From Candidatus Iainarchaeum sp. (GTDB taxonomy: Archaea; Micrarchaeota; Micrarchaeia; Anstonellales; Bilamarchaeaceae): 64,000 bases of DNA. The stretch is taken from assembly GCA_028686985.1 (NCBI GenBank), contig JAQUBA010000003.1, positions 16,267-80,266 on the forward strand, written 5' to 3'. A program made the position numbers and the translations under genes. The notes under the pieces were generated by a model that did not search any database, was not told the DNA's origin, and was given only the letters and a program-made list of their open reading frames with translations. Below are positions 22,231 through 30,989 of this stretch, piece after piece. How positions within the stretch are numbered: the stretch's first letter is position 1; each line of letters starts with the position of its first letter.

Positions 22231-22647
22231 ATGGGTCTAACACACCTACATTTGACGGTCAACGCGAAAATCGACCCTAGTTTTAGTCAACTCCCGAAGG
22301 AGAAGGCACGGGAATTCGTAGCGGAATTGCTGCGGATCACCGGCATGAAGCCCCTCGGCGAGCTGAAGTGGTCGGACGCAGTTGACCTGGATTTCCCGGG
22401 GCAGAGCTACGTGCAGATGATAACCACGAGCCACACGTCGCTGCATTTCTTCAGCGACACGCACGAAGTCTACTTCGACCTGTACTCCTGCAAGGAGTTC
22501 GACCCCCAGAAGGTCCTTGAGCACCTTGACAAGGCGTTCGGGCTGCGCGAGTGGCACGGCATCCTTTACAGCCGTGAAACCGGCAAGAAGCCGGGCCTCA
22601 TGAGGATCGGTTCCACAAAGAAAGAACTGCTGGTCATCAGGAACTGA
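22231..22647 (+). CDS. S-adenosylmethionine decarboxylase-related (class 1, pyruvoyl-type) protein, divergent processing motif
   Basis: ITTSHTSLHFFSDTHEVYFDLYSCKEFDP aligns with the SpeH-type ..ESHISIHTWPE....DVFTCG.. core. The start was chosen at the ATG about 35 nt after TATA-like ATGTATTTAAGC. Confidence 0.55.
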   Translation: MGLTHLHLTVNAKIDPSFSQLPKEKAREFVAELLRITGMKPLGELKWSDAVDLDFPGQSYVQMITTSHTSLHFFSDTHEVYFDLYSCKEFDPQKVLEHLDKAFGLREWHGILYSRETGKKPGLMRIGSTKKELLVIRN

Positions 22648-22725
22648 GCGGCCAATTCCATTCATTTTCCTTTTTTCATTTTCCCTTCCCATCCTTTTAT
22701 TATCCCCTCCGCCAATAGTATCCAT

Positions 22726-23208
22726 ATGGGATGCGCGAGATGCGGTGCTTGTTGCATGCAATTCGGCGTTTGCATCACACCCGCGGACATCGTGAGGATT
22801 TCCCTCGCCACCAGGATGCGGCCTTCCCAATTCGTAGACACGGTACAGGATTACCCTGACAGGGAAAGGAAGGAGCCGTCGCTGCTCATAGGCGGGGGAA
22901 GGCAGATCCTCGTCCTGAAGCGCAGCAGCGGCAATGTCTGCTCGTTCTATTCCCCGGAGGGATGCAAAATATACCATTACCGCCCCCTCCTCTGCAGGAC
23001 CTACCCCTTCAAAGGGGGGATGGAAAACATGCGCTCCCGCGCCTGCCCTTCCCAATGGGTCCCCGAGGGCAGCGAAAAGGAGCAATACGGGCACGACATA
23101 CTTCTTTACGAAAAAGAGCTTGCGGAATTCCAGAAATTCGCCGAGAAATGGAATTCAAATGGCGGCGGCACCCTCACTTCCCTGCTTGCGCAGATGATGA
23201 AGCCCTGA
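22726..23208 (+). CDS. YkgJ/UPF0153-type cysteine-cluster protein, paralog 2
   Basis: MGCARCGACCMQFGVCITPADI ... VCSFYSPEGCKIYHYRPLLCRTYPF. The C-terminal half also resembles paralog 1 (..WN..G..). Confidence 0.65.
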   Translation: MGCARCGACCMQFGVCITPADIVRISLATRMRPSQFVDTVQDYPDRERKEPSLLIGGGRQILVLKRSSGNVCSFYSPEGCKIYHYRPLLCRTYPFKGGMENMRSRACPSQWVPEGSEKEQYGHDILLYEKELAEFQKFAEKWNSNGGGTLTSLLAQMMKP

Positions 23209-23605
23209 GCCATTCGGCCTTCCTCGCCATCTTTTCCTTTTTCGCATCCTCCAGGGAAATCCATCTCACCCCGGAAAATCCCGCGCCCACCCTCGCGCCC
23301 ATGCTCTTCGCGGAGGCACGGAAGCCGAGGGCGGGAATCCATTTCCTCCTCTTGCGCGAACCCGCATTATGCCTCCCTTCAAGCACAACGTCCCCTATTT
23401 GCGCGTCTATGCCGGTTTGCGCGAGCACCGCTCCCTTCAATTCGGATACCGGATTCATCCCCTTCCCCACCAGGACGCAGGGAAGCTCAAGCAGTTCTCG
23501 CTCCTTCTCCTTTCTCTTCAGAAACAGCACGCGCCCCCCGTCCTCAATGATGGCGCAAGCAAGCGCCGCATACTCCGGCGCCTTCACAATCTTTTTCTCG
23601 CGCAT
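23174..23605 (-). CDS. Nudix-fold-like protein with a degenerate Nudix box, last gene of the pentose-phosphate operon
   Basis: GKGMNPVSELKGAVLAQTGIDA aligns to Gx5Ex7REUxEExGU, but the catalytic R/E positions read G, A, A, Q. Its start abuts the tal stop. Confidence 0.4.
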   Translation of the reverse strand: MREKKIVKAPEYAALACAIIEDGGRVLFLKRKEKERELLELPCVLVGKGMNPVSELKGAVLAQTGIDAQIGDVVLEGRHNAGSRKRRKWIPALGFRASAKSMGARVGAGFSGVRWISLEDAKKEKMARKAEWLRASSSAQAGK

Positions 23606-24250
23606 CTATCTCTTGCCCTTCGCGTAATCTTCCTTGAACTGCGCAATCCCCTTGTCCGTCAAAGGATGCCTGAAAAGCTTCTCAAACACATCCGGAGGGA
23701 CGGTCGCCACGTGGGCGCCGGCCTTCGCCGCATCCAGGACGTGCACCGGGTCGCGCACCGAGGCGACAATCACTTCCGTCTTGAATTCGTAATTGCAGAA
23801 AACTTCCATTATATCATAAATCAGCTGCATCCCATCTTCTGAAATGTCGTCCAATCTCCCCACGAACGGGGAAACGTAGGAAGCGCCTGCCTTCGCCGCA
23901 AGCAGCGCCTGGTTCGCGGAAAACACCAGCGTAACGTTCGTCCTTATGCCCTTCTTCTCAAGGATTTTTACCGCCTTCAGCCCCTCCTTGGTCATGGGCA
24001 CCTTCACCACTATGTTCTTTGCCCATTTTGAGAACTCCGCCCCCTCCCTTACCATCCCGTCCGCATCCTCGCTTATCCCTTCCACGCTCACCGGGCCGGG
24101 CACGATTGCGGCAATCTCCTGCACCACTTCCTTCTGGCCCCTGCCAGATTTCATAATGATAGTTGGATTGGTTGTGACTCCGTCGCACATCCCCATCTCA
24201 ACCGCAGCCCTTATCTTCCCAACATCCGCCGTATCCAGAAAGAATTTCAT
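23606..24250 (-). CDS. tal: Transaldolase / fructose-6-phosphate aldolase (short TalC/Fsa type)
   Basis: [31 protein letters not shown] and VVKVPMT (Schiff-base Lys region). 214 aa. Confidence 0.9.
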   Translation of the reverse strand: MKFFLDTADVGKIRAAVEMGMCDGVTTNPTIIMKSGRGQKEVVQEIAAIVPGPVSVEGISEDADGMVREGAEFSKWAKNIVVKVPMTKEGLKAVKILEKKGIRTNVTLVFSANQALLAAKAGASYVSPFVGRLDDISEDGMQLIYDIMEVFCNYEFKTEVIVASVRDPVHVLDAAKAGAHVATVPPDVFEKLFRHPLTDKGIAQFKEDYAKGKR

Positions 24251-24254
24251 TTCA

Positions 24255-25229
24255 TTACCTCTTCTTCATCGCCATGGACTCCTTTACGACCGAAGCGATT
24301 CCTTCCGCATCCAATTTATACTTTTTGATTAGCTCCAAAGCGCTCCCGGACTCGCAGAATTGGTCGTAAATCCCGTGCCTTTTCACCGGAATCGGGTATT
24401 CCTCCGCAACCACCTCGGCAACCGCGCTGCCCATCCCTCCGGTCACCTGGTGCTCCTCCACAGTCACAATCAGCCCGGCCTTCCTCGCCCACTCCACCAC
24501 CGCCTTTTTATCAATCGGTTTTATGGTGTGGCAGTCAACAACGGCGCAGGAAATTCCCTCCGCGTTCAATTTCTCGGCCGCCAGAAGGGACTCATAAACC
24601 ATGGGCCCGCACGCAAAGACCGCGGCGTCCGTGCCTTCCCTATAGGCGTTTGCCTCCCCAATCCTGAATGGCGTCTCCGGAGTCGTAAATGACGGCATCT
24701 TTTCCCTGCACGTGCGTATGTATGCCGGCTTCCCGGCCTCGTACGCGGCAATGGTCGCCTTCCTCGCCTCCTCCACGTCCGCGGGCGCCAGCACCACAAT
24801 GTTGGGTATCACCCTCGTAATCGCGATGTCCTCCAGCGCCTGGTGGGAAGCCCCGTCCGGCCCGACCGTAATCCCCGTGTGCGAGCCGTGGAACACGACC
24901 GGCACGTCGTTGTAGCATACGGAGACCCTTATCTGGTCCCAGTTCCGCCCTGGCGAGAAAACCCCGTATGCGGAAACGAACGCCTTCTTGCCGCACGCGG
25001 CAATCCCCGCAGCCACCCCAGCCATGTTCTGCTCCGCCACGCCCACCTGCACGAACCTCTTCGGGAACTTCTCCGCGAACCAATGCGTGCGCGTGGATTC
25101 GGAAACATCCGCGGTCAAAACCCATACGTCCTGGTCCTTCCCGCCCAATTCAACGAGCGCCTTTCCGAACCCGTCCCTGCTCGCCGCAGAGCCCTTCGCC
25201 GGAAAATCAATCGTAGCGTGCATGTTCAT
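24255..25229 (-). CDS. tkt: Transketolase, C-terminal (pyrimidine-binding) subunit
   Basis: Start placed at MNMHATIDF. Its ATG forms an ATGA overlap with the stop of the N-terminal subunit gene. [17 protein letters not shown] motif. The longer N-terminal extension in the track is Arg/Gly-rich junk. Confidence 0.9.
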   Translation of the reverse strand: MNMHATIDFPAKGSAASRDGFGKALVELGGKDQDVWVLTADVSESTRTHWFAEKFPKRFVQVGVAEQNMAGVAAGIAACGKKAFVSAYGVFSPGRNWDQIRVSVCYNDVPVVFHGSHTGITVGPDGASHQALEDIAITRVIPNIVVLAPADVEEARKATIAAYEAGKPAYIRTCREKMPSFTTPETPFRIGEANAYREGTDAAVFACGPMVYESLLAAEKLNAEGISCAVVDCHTIKPIDKKAVVEWARKAGLIVTVEEHQVTGGMGSAVAEVVAEEYPIPVKRHGIYDQFCESGSALELIKKYKLDAEGIASVVKESMAMKKR

Positions 25230-26086
25230 CCCTCCTCCTCTATGACGCTTCTCTCCACGCCCAGGAGCTTCAGCGCCTCCTCGGCCTCCTTCTGCGTGGG
25301 CGGCTTCCCGTGCCATTCCGTGAGGAATTCCATGAACGGTATCCCCTTGCCCGGAATCGTGTGCGCGATTATGAGCGTCGGCTTCTCGTAAATCGCCTTG
25401 CTCTTCTCGCAAGCGTCTATTATCTCATGTATATTGTGCCCGTCAACTTCTATCACGTGCCAGCCGAAGGCCCTATACTTCTCGGCCAGAGGCTCAAGCG
25501 GGAGCACCTCCTCCGTGAATCCGTCTATTTGTATATTATTCCTGTCCATTATCGCGGTCAGGTTCCCCAGCTTGTACTTGGAAGCCAGCATCACCGCCTC
25601 CCACGTCTGCCCCTCCCCGTGCTCGCCGTCCGATATGACGGCATAAACCCGCCATCTTTTCCTCTCGGCCTTGGAAACTATTGCCATCCCCACCGCCTGG
25701 GAAAGCCCCTGCCCCAAGGGTCCGGAGGAATTCTCAATCCCCGGGAGCGAGCCCCTGTGCGGATGCCCCTGCAATCTGCTCCCCAATTTCCTTAGCGTAA
25801 GCAATTCTTCCTTCGGGAAATAGCCCGCGTTCGCCAGCGCGGCATAAATCACCGGGCATACGTGCCCGTTGGAAAGGACGAGCCGGTCCCTGTCCGCCCA
25901 CAAGGGGTTTTTCGGGTCATGGTACAATACGTTGAAATAAAGAGCGGTGAAAATGTCGGCGAGCCCGATGGAGCCGGCGGAGTGCCCGGACTTCGCCTCG
26001 TATAGCATCTTGATTACGTCTTCGCGTATCGTGTTCGCAATCAGCCTCAGCTGCTTGTTGTTGGTGATTCTCATTCTGCTACCCAT
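25226..26086 (-). CDS. tkt: Transketolase, N-terminal (TPP-binding) subunit
   Basis: SGHSAGSIGLADIFTALYF, LVLSNGH and ISDGEHGEGQTWEA (TPP/metal motif GDG-like). Confidence 0.9.
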   Translation of the reverse strand: MGSRMRITNNKQLRLIANTIREDVIKMLYEAKSGHSAGSIGLADIFTALYFNVLYHDPKNPLWADRDRLVLSNGHVCPVIYAALANAGYFPKEELLTLRKLGSRLQGHPHRGSLPGIENSSGPLGQGLSQAVGMAIVSKAERKRWRVYAVISDGEHGEGQTWEAVMLASKYKLGNLTAIMDRNNIQIDGFTEEVLPLEPLAEKYRAFGWHVIEVDGHNIHEIIDACEKSKAIYEKPTLIIAHTIPGKGIPFMEFLTEWHGKPPTQKEAEEALKLLGVERSVIEEEG

Positions 26087-26732
26087 GCCTCTCCCCCCAC
26101 CCTTTCTTCAACGCCTCCTTCAGCTCCCCTATCGCCTTCCCCGCGTCCGGCTTTGCGAATATTGAGCTCGCAGCCGCGAGATTGTCCGCCCCGCAGCTTG
26201 CCACGCGCATCCCCGTCTCCGGGTTTATGCCCCCATCCACTTCTATCTCCGCTTTCGGAAGCATCCTTCTTAATTCCTTTACCTTCGCCTCCACCTCAGG
26301 GATGTACTTCTGCCCGTAGAACCCCGGATGCACGGACATGACGAGTATCTTCTCCGCATTTTGCAGGTGCGGCTTCAGTTTTTCCAGCGGCGTCTCCGGG
26401 TTCAGGGCAACCCCAAGCCTCCCGCCGCTCCCCTTCACCGCCTCGGCGAGCTTCTCCCAGCTCTCCACCGCCTCAACGTGCACCATATGGAGGTAAGGGC
26501 CCTTCACCTTCCCGATCCATTCCTCCGGCCTCTCCACCATCCAGTGTATCTCGTACTTCAGCCCGGAAGGCAAATCCTGCAATTCCTTTATCCCGATGGT
26601 AAAATTTGGGACGAACTTATTGTCCATTATGTCAATGTGAATGGTCTTTACATAATTTGAGACGCGTGAGATATGGTCCAGCAATTCCTCCCTCGTTTTC
26701 ACCAGGACGGCTGGTATTACCTCTAGCGCCAT
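26079..26732 (-). CDS. rpe: Ribulose-phosphate 3-epimerase
   Basis: HIDIMDNKFVPNFT, VMSVHPGFYGQKYI and EVDGGIN. Confidence 0.9.
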   Translation of the reverse strand: MALEVIPAVLVKTREELLDHISRVSNYVKTIHIDIMDNKFVPNFTIGIKELQDLPSGLKYEIHWMVERPEEWIGKVKGPYLHMVHVEAVESWEKLAEAVKGSGGRLGVALNPETPLEKLKPHLQNAEKILVMSVHPGFYGQKYIPEVEAKVKELRRMLPKAEIEVDGGINPETGMRVASCGADNLAAASSIFAKPDAGKAIGELKEALKKGWGERHG

Positions 26733-26820
26733 AGTTTCACCCTGGCACGGCCCCCGCCGCGCCTAGAATACGAGCGCCTGCCCGTAATATTGTATATGCG
26801 TTTATAATTAAAAGTTTGCC

Positions 26821-28284
26821 CTAACCCAGGAACTTCCGCATCGTCGCCGCCTTCACAATCTCCTCCTGCAGCGCCTCGTGCCCGCCCGCCTCAACCTTCT
26901 TCAAAATGTATTTGGAAAGCGCACGGTGCGGCTCGTCCGTTTCAAACTCAAACCTCTCCAGCACCGGGAGCATTTTCCTCTCTATTTCCGGGAAAAGTTT
27001 CAAATTCTCAAAATTCAGATAAACGAGCGCATCCTCCAGGTCCTGCTCAAATCCGGAATAAACCGAGTTAATATAATCATAATCCTTCTCGGAAAGCGCG
27101 TCCAGCCCAAGCATCTCCGGCGGAATCCCGATTGAATACAAAGCCGCGCAGAATGTAATCGCGCGCGGCAGCTTGACCTGCCCCGCCCCCCGCGAGTACC
27201 CGAACAGCCCCACGTGCAGTTTCCTCTTCCTCCTCGCCGGCACGTACCTCGCGACGCGGTTTATGATTGGCGCAAGCAGCGCAATCTGTTTTTCGTATTC
27301 CGCGGAAACCTTCCCGATTATCGCCATGGACCTTTCCGCATCCACCCCGGGCGGCTTTCCCCTCGCCCTTTCCCTTATCTTCCTGACCGCCCCGATCACC
27401 TGCTCAGGCCGGTAATCATATTTGAACGCGGACTGCAGCGTGAGCGTCTGCACGTTCGGGTAGCTGTCCATAAACTCCTCTACATTCGTCGGCTTCAGGT
27501 TCCCGCGGAAAGGCGCGCTTCCCGCCCCTATAATGGGATAAATCTTCACGCCGCTTTCCTGCTCCAGCGCATGCAGGTCCGCCACGGCATTCTTTATTAT
27601 CAATACGGTGCTGAGCGAGCCGTAATTCAGCGCAGGGTCGCTCCTCGCCAAAAACACCCGCTGGTATTCCAAATCCTTGTCCGAAATATACTCCTTTACA
27701 ATCCCGGCCGCATTCCCCATCGCGTTCCTGTCCTCAAGCAGCGGAATCATGCTTATGCGCGAGGGCTTGAGCTCACCCACCCACTGCGCGACCGTCAAAT
27801 CCCCGCCCGCAATCTTCTTCCCCCCCTTGCCGGCCACGAAATCCTTATAGTAGTTGTATACGCGGTTCAGCGACGCTGCGCTCGTCGCCATCGGCAGTAT
27901 GACTTCAAATATCGGCGCGACGTCCTTGCCGTAGAACGCGCTGCACGCATCAAAGTTCCGCGGGATTGATTCCAATGCTTCCAGCAGCACCTTTCCCTCG
28001 TTCTTCTCCACCTCTGGGTTCGGCACCCTCAGCGTAAGAAAAACATCCTCCCCCAGCATTTTCTCCTTAAAGAAATACTCATACCTTCCCAATAATTTCT
28101 TGACCACGAAGGAATCCACTTCCTTTCCTTCGCAGTCCCACATCTGCTCTTCGCATCCCAAATCGTAATATGCGTAGAACGCCTCCTTCACCTCCGTCTC
28201 TCCGTCCATGACCGCGGAATCGCTGAAGAAAGGTATGGAAGCGTTGTCCGGGTGCTGCGTGCTCATGCATCTTGGCACTTTCAT
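26821..28284 (-). CDS. ppcA: Archaeal-type phosphoenolpyruvate carboxylase
   Basis: MKVPRCMSTQHPDNA is the hallmark N-terminus of the about 490 aa archaeal PEPC family. The start was moved from 28311 to 28284, which puts the TATA (revcomp of 28314-28322) about 30 nt upstream. Confidence 0.85.
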   Translation of the reverse strand: MKVPRCMSTQHPDNASIPFFSDSAVMDGETEVKEAFYAYYDLGCEEQMWDCEGKEVDSFVVKKLLGRYEYFFKEKMLGEDVFLTLRVPNPEVEKNEGKVLLEALESIPRNFDACSAFYGKDVAPIFEVILPMATSAASLNRVYNYYKDFVAGKGGKKIAGGDLTVAQWVGELKPSRISMIPLLEDRNAMGNAAGIVKEYISDKDLEYQRVFLARSDPALNYGSLSTVLIIKNAVADLHALEQESGVKIYPIIGAGSAPFRGNLKPTNVEEFMDSYPNVQTLTLQSAFKYDYRPEQVIGAVRKIRERARGKPPGVDAERSMAIIGKVSAEYEKQIALLAPIINRVARYVPARRKRKLHVGLFGYSRGAGQVKLPRAITFCAALYSIGIPPEMLGLDALSEKDYDYINSVYSGFEQDLEDALVYLNFENLKLFPEIERKMLPVLERFEFETDEPHRALSKYILKKVEAGGHEALQEEIVKAATMRKFLG

Positions 28285-28313
28285 GTGGTCCCCCAACATT
28301 TCTGCGGGCATCC

Positions 28314-28322
28314 GTTTATAAT
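28314..28322. promoter_or_regulatory. Near-palindromic TATA box GTTTATAAT shared by divergent ppcA (-) and micro-ORF 1 (+)
   Basis: It lies about 30 nt from the ppcA start at 28284 and 39 nt from the ATG at 28353. The identical 9-mer recurs at 28497-28505 upstream of micro-ORF 2. Confidence 0.5.
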
Positions 28323-28352
28323 TTTTCCCGAATTAACAAGCGCGTGGTAAAA

Positions 28353-28439
28353 ATGGCAACAAAGAAAAGAGCCAAGAAGAAGGTTGCGAAGAAGAAGGTT
28401 GCGAAGAAGCACGTGCACCGCGGATGCTGCTGTTGCTGA
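28353..28439 (+). CDS. Polybasic micro-ORF 1 (28 aa) ending in four cysteines
   Basis: MATKKRAKKKVAKKKVAKKHVHRGCCCC. Too short for the ORF track. Has its own TATA, and T-tracts follow the stop. Confidence 0.35.
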   Translation: MATKKRAKKKVAKKKVAKKHVHRGCCCC

Positions 28440-28536
28440 AATTTTTTTCCTGCTTTATTTTTCAAAACCGCTTTTTACGCGAAAAATTGCACATACGTTT
28501 ATAATCCTTAACTGTTTTTACCCTTCCGTGGTAAAA

Positions 28537-28605
28537 ATGGCAACCAAGAAAAAAGCCAAGAAGGGAAAGAAAGTTATGCATAAGAAAAAGGGAAAGAAGA
28601 GATAA
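28537..28605 (+). CDS. Polybasic micro-ORF 2 (22 aa), paralog of micro-ORF 1
   Basis: MATKKKAKKGKKVMHKKKGKKR. A 37-nt block including the leader and first 9 codons (28527-28563) matches 28343-28379 with 2 mismatches. TATA GTTTATAAT at 28497-28505. Confidence 0.35.
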   Translation: MATKKKAKKGKKVMHKKKGKKR

Positions 28606-28644
28606 TTTTTTCCCTTCTTCTTCTTTTTTATTCCTGGTGATCCG

Positions 28645-28944
28645 ATGCAAAAATTGCTGCTCTGTTCCGCGCTCATGCTCCTCCTTTTCGGTTGCATATC
28701 CACTACGCCGCTCAAGGACCTCAACGAAAGGCCCGCGGATTTTGTGGGGGAAAAGATTTCCGTGTCCGGAACGGTTGAGAACTCCATACGCCTGGGCACG
28801 CTCTCAAGCTACACGCTGGTTGACGGAAACGAATCCATAAGAGTGTCCAGCCAGTCACTCCCCGCGGAAGGGGGGAAAGAAACCGTGACCGGCACGTGGA
28901 TGCGCGATACGCTGTTCGGATATTACCTGCTCGCGGAAGAATAA
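28645..28944 (+). CDS. Small secreted lipobox protein, OB-fold-like
   Basis: MQKLLLCSALMLLLFGC signal/lipobox followed by a beta-rich domain of about 80 aa. Confidence 0.55.
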   Translation: MQKLLLCSALMLLLFGCISTTPLKDLNERPADFVGEKISVSGTVENSIRLGTLSSYTLVDGNESIRVSSQSLPAEGGKETVTGTWMRDTLFGYYLLAEE

Positions 28945-29631
28945 TCAGCCCTTAACCAGCTTTACTATATTTTCCCTCCCCTTCTTTATCCTCTTCACGT
29001 ATCCCTGCGCTTCCAGGGATGAAATGAGCAAGCTTATCTTCGTGTCCGTGCATTTGAGAATCTCGCGCAGCTCCTTCTGGTTCCTCATCCCCTCGCTGCC
29101 TTTCAGTATTTCAAGCACTTTCTTCTCTTCCCCGTCCAGTTCCCTTTTCCTTTCCATCGCCGGGGCCTTTTCCGCCTTCTTTTTCACAAATAAGAAATAT
29201 GCGGCGCCAGCCACAATGACAACCAGCAGAACCAATCCGCCAGCCAATGCCGGCGTCCAGCCCTCATTCCGCACCTCCGGAATATTCTCATCCAGTTCCG
29301 CGGTCTCAAACCCCTCTATCCCCTCAAACTCATCGGGGGAGAACAATACTATGTCATAAGACGCCCCTTCAGCCCCCACGGCAATCCCGTCTTCCGCGTA
29401 CCCCTTCAGCGTTCCATTCTCATAATAATACGCGGAAATGTTGTACGCCCCGGGCACGACCTGCATGGAATAAGTGCCGTCCGAAGATAAAACCTGGTAA
29501 GTGGAAGCGCCCTCCGCCTTCACAAGCGCACCCTGCACCGCATCAAAGCTGTCCGCGCTGTACACGTTCCCCTGCAGGGTTGCGGCATGCAAAACCGCAA
29601 AAAGCGCAAAAACCGCCAGAAAAGCCTTCAC
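28945..29631 (-). CDS. Single-pass membrane protein: extracytoplasmic CarboxypepD_reg-like domain, TM helix, cytoplasmic winged-HTH (MarR/TrmB-like)
   Basis: Signal MKAFLAVFALFAVLHA, TM LAGGLVLLVVIVAGAAYFLFV, C-terminal EEKKVLEILKGSEGMRNQKELREILKCTDTKISLLISSLEAQGYVKRI. Confidence 0.65.
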   Translation of the reverse strand: MKAFLAVFALFAVLHAATLQGNVYSADSFDAVQGALVKAEGASTYQVLSSDGTYSMQVVPGAYNISAYYYENGTLKGYAEDGIAVGAEGASYDIVLFSPDEFEGIEGFETAELDENIPEVRNEGWTPALAGGLVLLVVIVAGAAYFLFVKKKAEKAPAMERKRELDGEEKKVLEILKGSEGMRNQKELREILKCTDTKISLLISSLEAQGYVKRIKKGRENIVKLVKG

Positions 29632-29729
29632 AATCCCCTATTCGGGGAAAAGCTTTCTAAAACCTTCCGAAAGCTTTCGCGAAAGTTTCCATTTAAATAC
29701 CCCCTTCGCAGTCCCTGCAGGTGTTTCAA

Positions 29730-30695
29730 ATGAGGAAATTGATGCTGGTGCTGGCCTTGTTCGGGCTGATGTTCGCCACCACGGGTGCGGACGCCACTTC
29801 GGACGTGAGGCAGGGCATATTGGAGATGAGGTATGCGCAGATGGAATGCAGGGCTAATTTCATGTATGCTTCCATGGACAGCGCAGAGGAAGACGGCGGC
29901 GCAGACCTCTCCGGAGACCGTGCGGCCATGGAAGGCGTCATGACGCAGCTACGCTCCCATGTGGATGCCGGGGACTCGTATGGATATAACCACTATATGT
30001 CCCAGTTGAGGAACACGTTCTCGGTTGCGGTCCGCAACACAAAAGGCGCGCAGACGGGCGCCCTTAACGCGGCAGGCTCGTGCGGGGATGGCGGGCAAGG
30101 CGGCCAGGGTTCCGGGCAGGGCTCCGGGAACCAATCCGAAAACTGCGCCCAGGCAAGGCAGCAGTTGAGGGACCAGATGAGGGCAAAGTACGACGAGGCG
30201 AATGCGGCATACGTTGGATGCAAGCACACTGCGGTCGTCGGAAGGATACATGCCGAAGTTGATGAGGTGGAGAGCTGGAGCGACGGGGCCGAAGAAACGG
30301 CAGACAGCATGGAAAGCAGGGGCTACAACGTTTCCGGGCTCCGCGGCAGGATAGCCGAGGCGGAGGCGGATGCGGACGAGCTTGACGGGGCGGCCGATTC
30401 CGGCGAAACCACGGACGAGCTCCTGAGTGAGAGGAGCGGGAAGTGGGGCCATATTTTCTACCTATGGGCGCAGTTCCACAAAGAGCGCATAAACCTCCTT
30501 CTGGACCGCTTTGAGGAGAAGACCGAAGGCTACGGAACCCAGGCCGCGGGGATAAGGGCGCTCCTTGACGAGGCCGCGAGCGTGGGTGACGACGAGATAT
30601 ATACCCTTGAGGAGGCGCAGGAATCCAAGGCGCTCGTAAACCAGGCAATGGAGGAGTTCAGCGCGCTTGTTGGGGCGGCGAGGGGAGAGGCATGA
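29730..30695 (+). CDS. Secreted helical protein of unknown function with a Gly/Gln/Ser-rich insert
   Basis: MRKLMLVLALFGLMFATTGADA signal (the track start at 29721 is GTG). GDGGQGGQGSGQGSGNQ insert. ATGA overlap with the next gene. Confidence 0.6.
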   Translation: MRKLMLVLALFGLMFATTGADATSDVRQGILEMRYAQMECRANFMYASMDSAEEDGGADLSGDRAAMEGVMTQLRSHVDAGDSYGYNHYMSQLRNTFSVAVRNTKGAQTGALNAAGSCGDGGQGGQGSGQGSGNQSENCAQARQQLRDQMRAKYDEANAAYVGCKHTAVVGRIHAEVDEVESWSDGAEETADSMESRGYNVSGLRGRIAEAEADADELDGAADSGETTDELLSERSGKWGHIFYLWAQFHKERINLLLDRFEEKTEGYGTQAAGIRALLDEAASVGDDEIYTLEEAQESKALVNQAMEEFSALVGAARGEA

Positions 30696-30976
30696 GGGAA
30701 ATACTCATCGCATTCTTCACCCTCACCCTTTTCATCGCGGGGTGCACTGGCGGGCCGTCGGGCAGTGGGCCCATCAGCACCAGCGATGTGGGCAGCGGGG
30801 ACCTTTCCGCGGACGGCCTATCAATAGACCTCAACGAGGATGAAACCGACCTCCCGGAAAGCGTCCCTTACGGGGAACTCGGCGGCAATGACATAACCGA
30901 CGAAGACCTGGGCGTGGGCGACCTCTCCATAGACCTGAGCGATGACGAGACCGACCTCCCGGAGCAGGTGAGCTGA
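30692..30976 (+). CDS. Small acidic lipobox protein with an internal tandem repeat
   Basis: MREILIAFFTLTLFIAGC, then two copies of DLSIDL(N/S)(E/D)DETDLPE(S/Q)V. Confidence 0.55.
   Translation: MREILIAFFTLTLFIAGCTGGPSGSGPISTSDVGSGDLSADGLSIDLNEDETDLPESVPYGELGGNDITDEDLGVGDLSIDLSDDETDLPEQVS
30818..30970 (+). repeat. Two 48-nt direct repeats (30818-30865 and 30923-30970) encoding the acidic motif LSIDLxxDETDLPExV
   Basis: Compare ctatcaatagacctcaacgaggatgaaaccgacctcccggaaagcgtc with ctctccatagacctgagcgatgacgagaccgacctcccggagcaggtg. Confidence 0.8.
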
Positions 30977-30989
30977 AAAAGGTGGGCAT

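Noticed and set aside
25230-25412. N-terminal extension of the transketolase C-terminal subunit ORF (start at 25412)
   Set aside because: The extension is Arg/Gly/His-rich junk overlapping the upstream subunit gene.
The ATG at 25229 gives an ATGA stop-start overlap and a canonical N-terminus.
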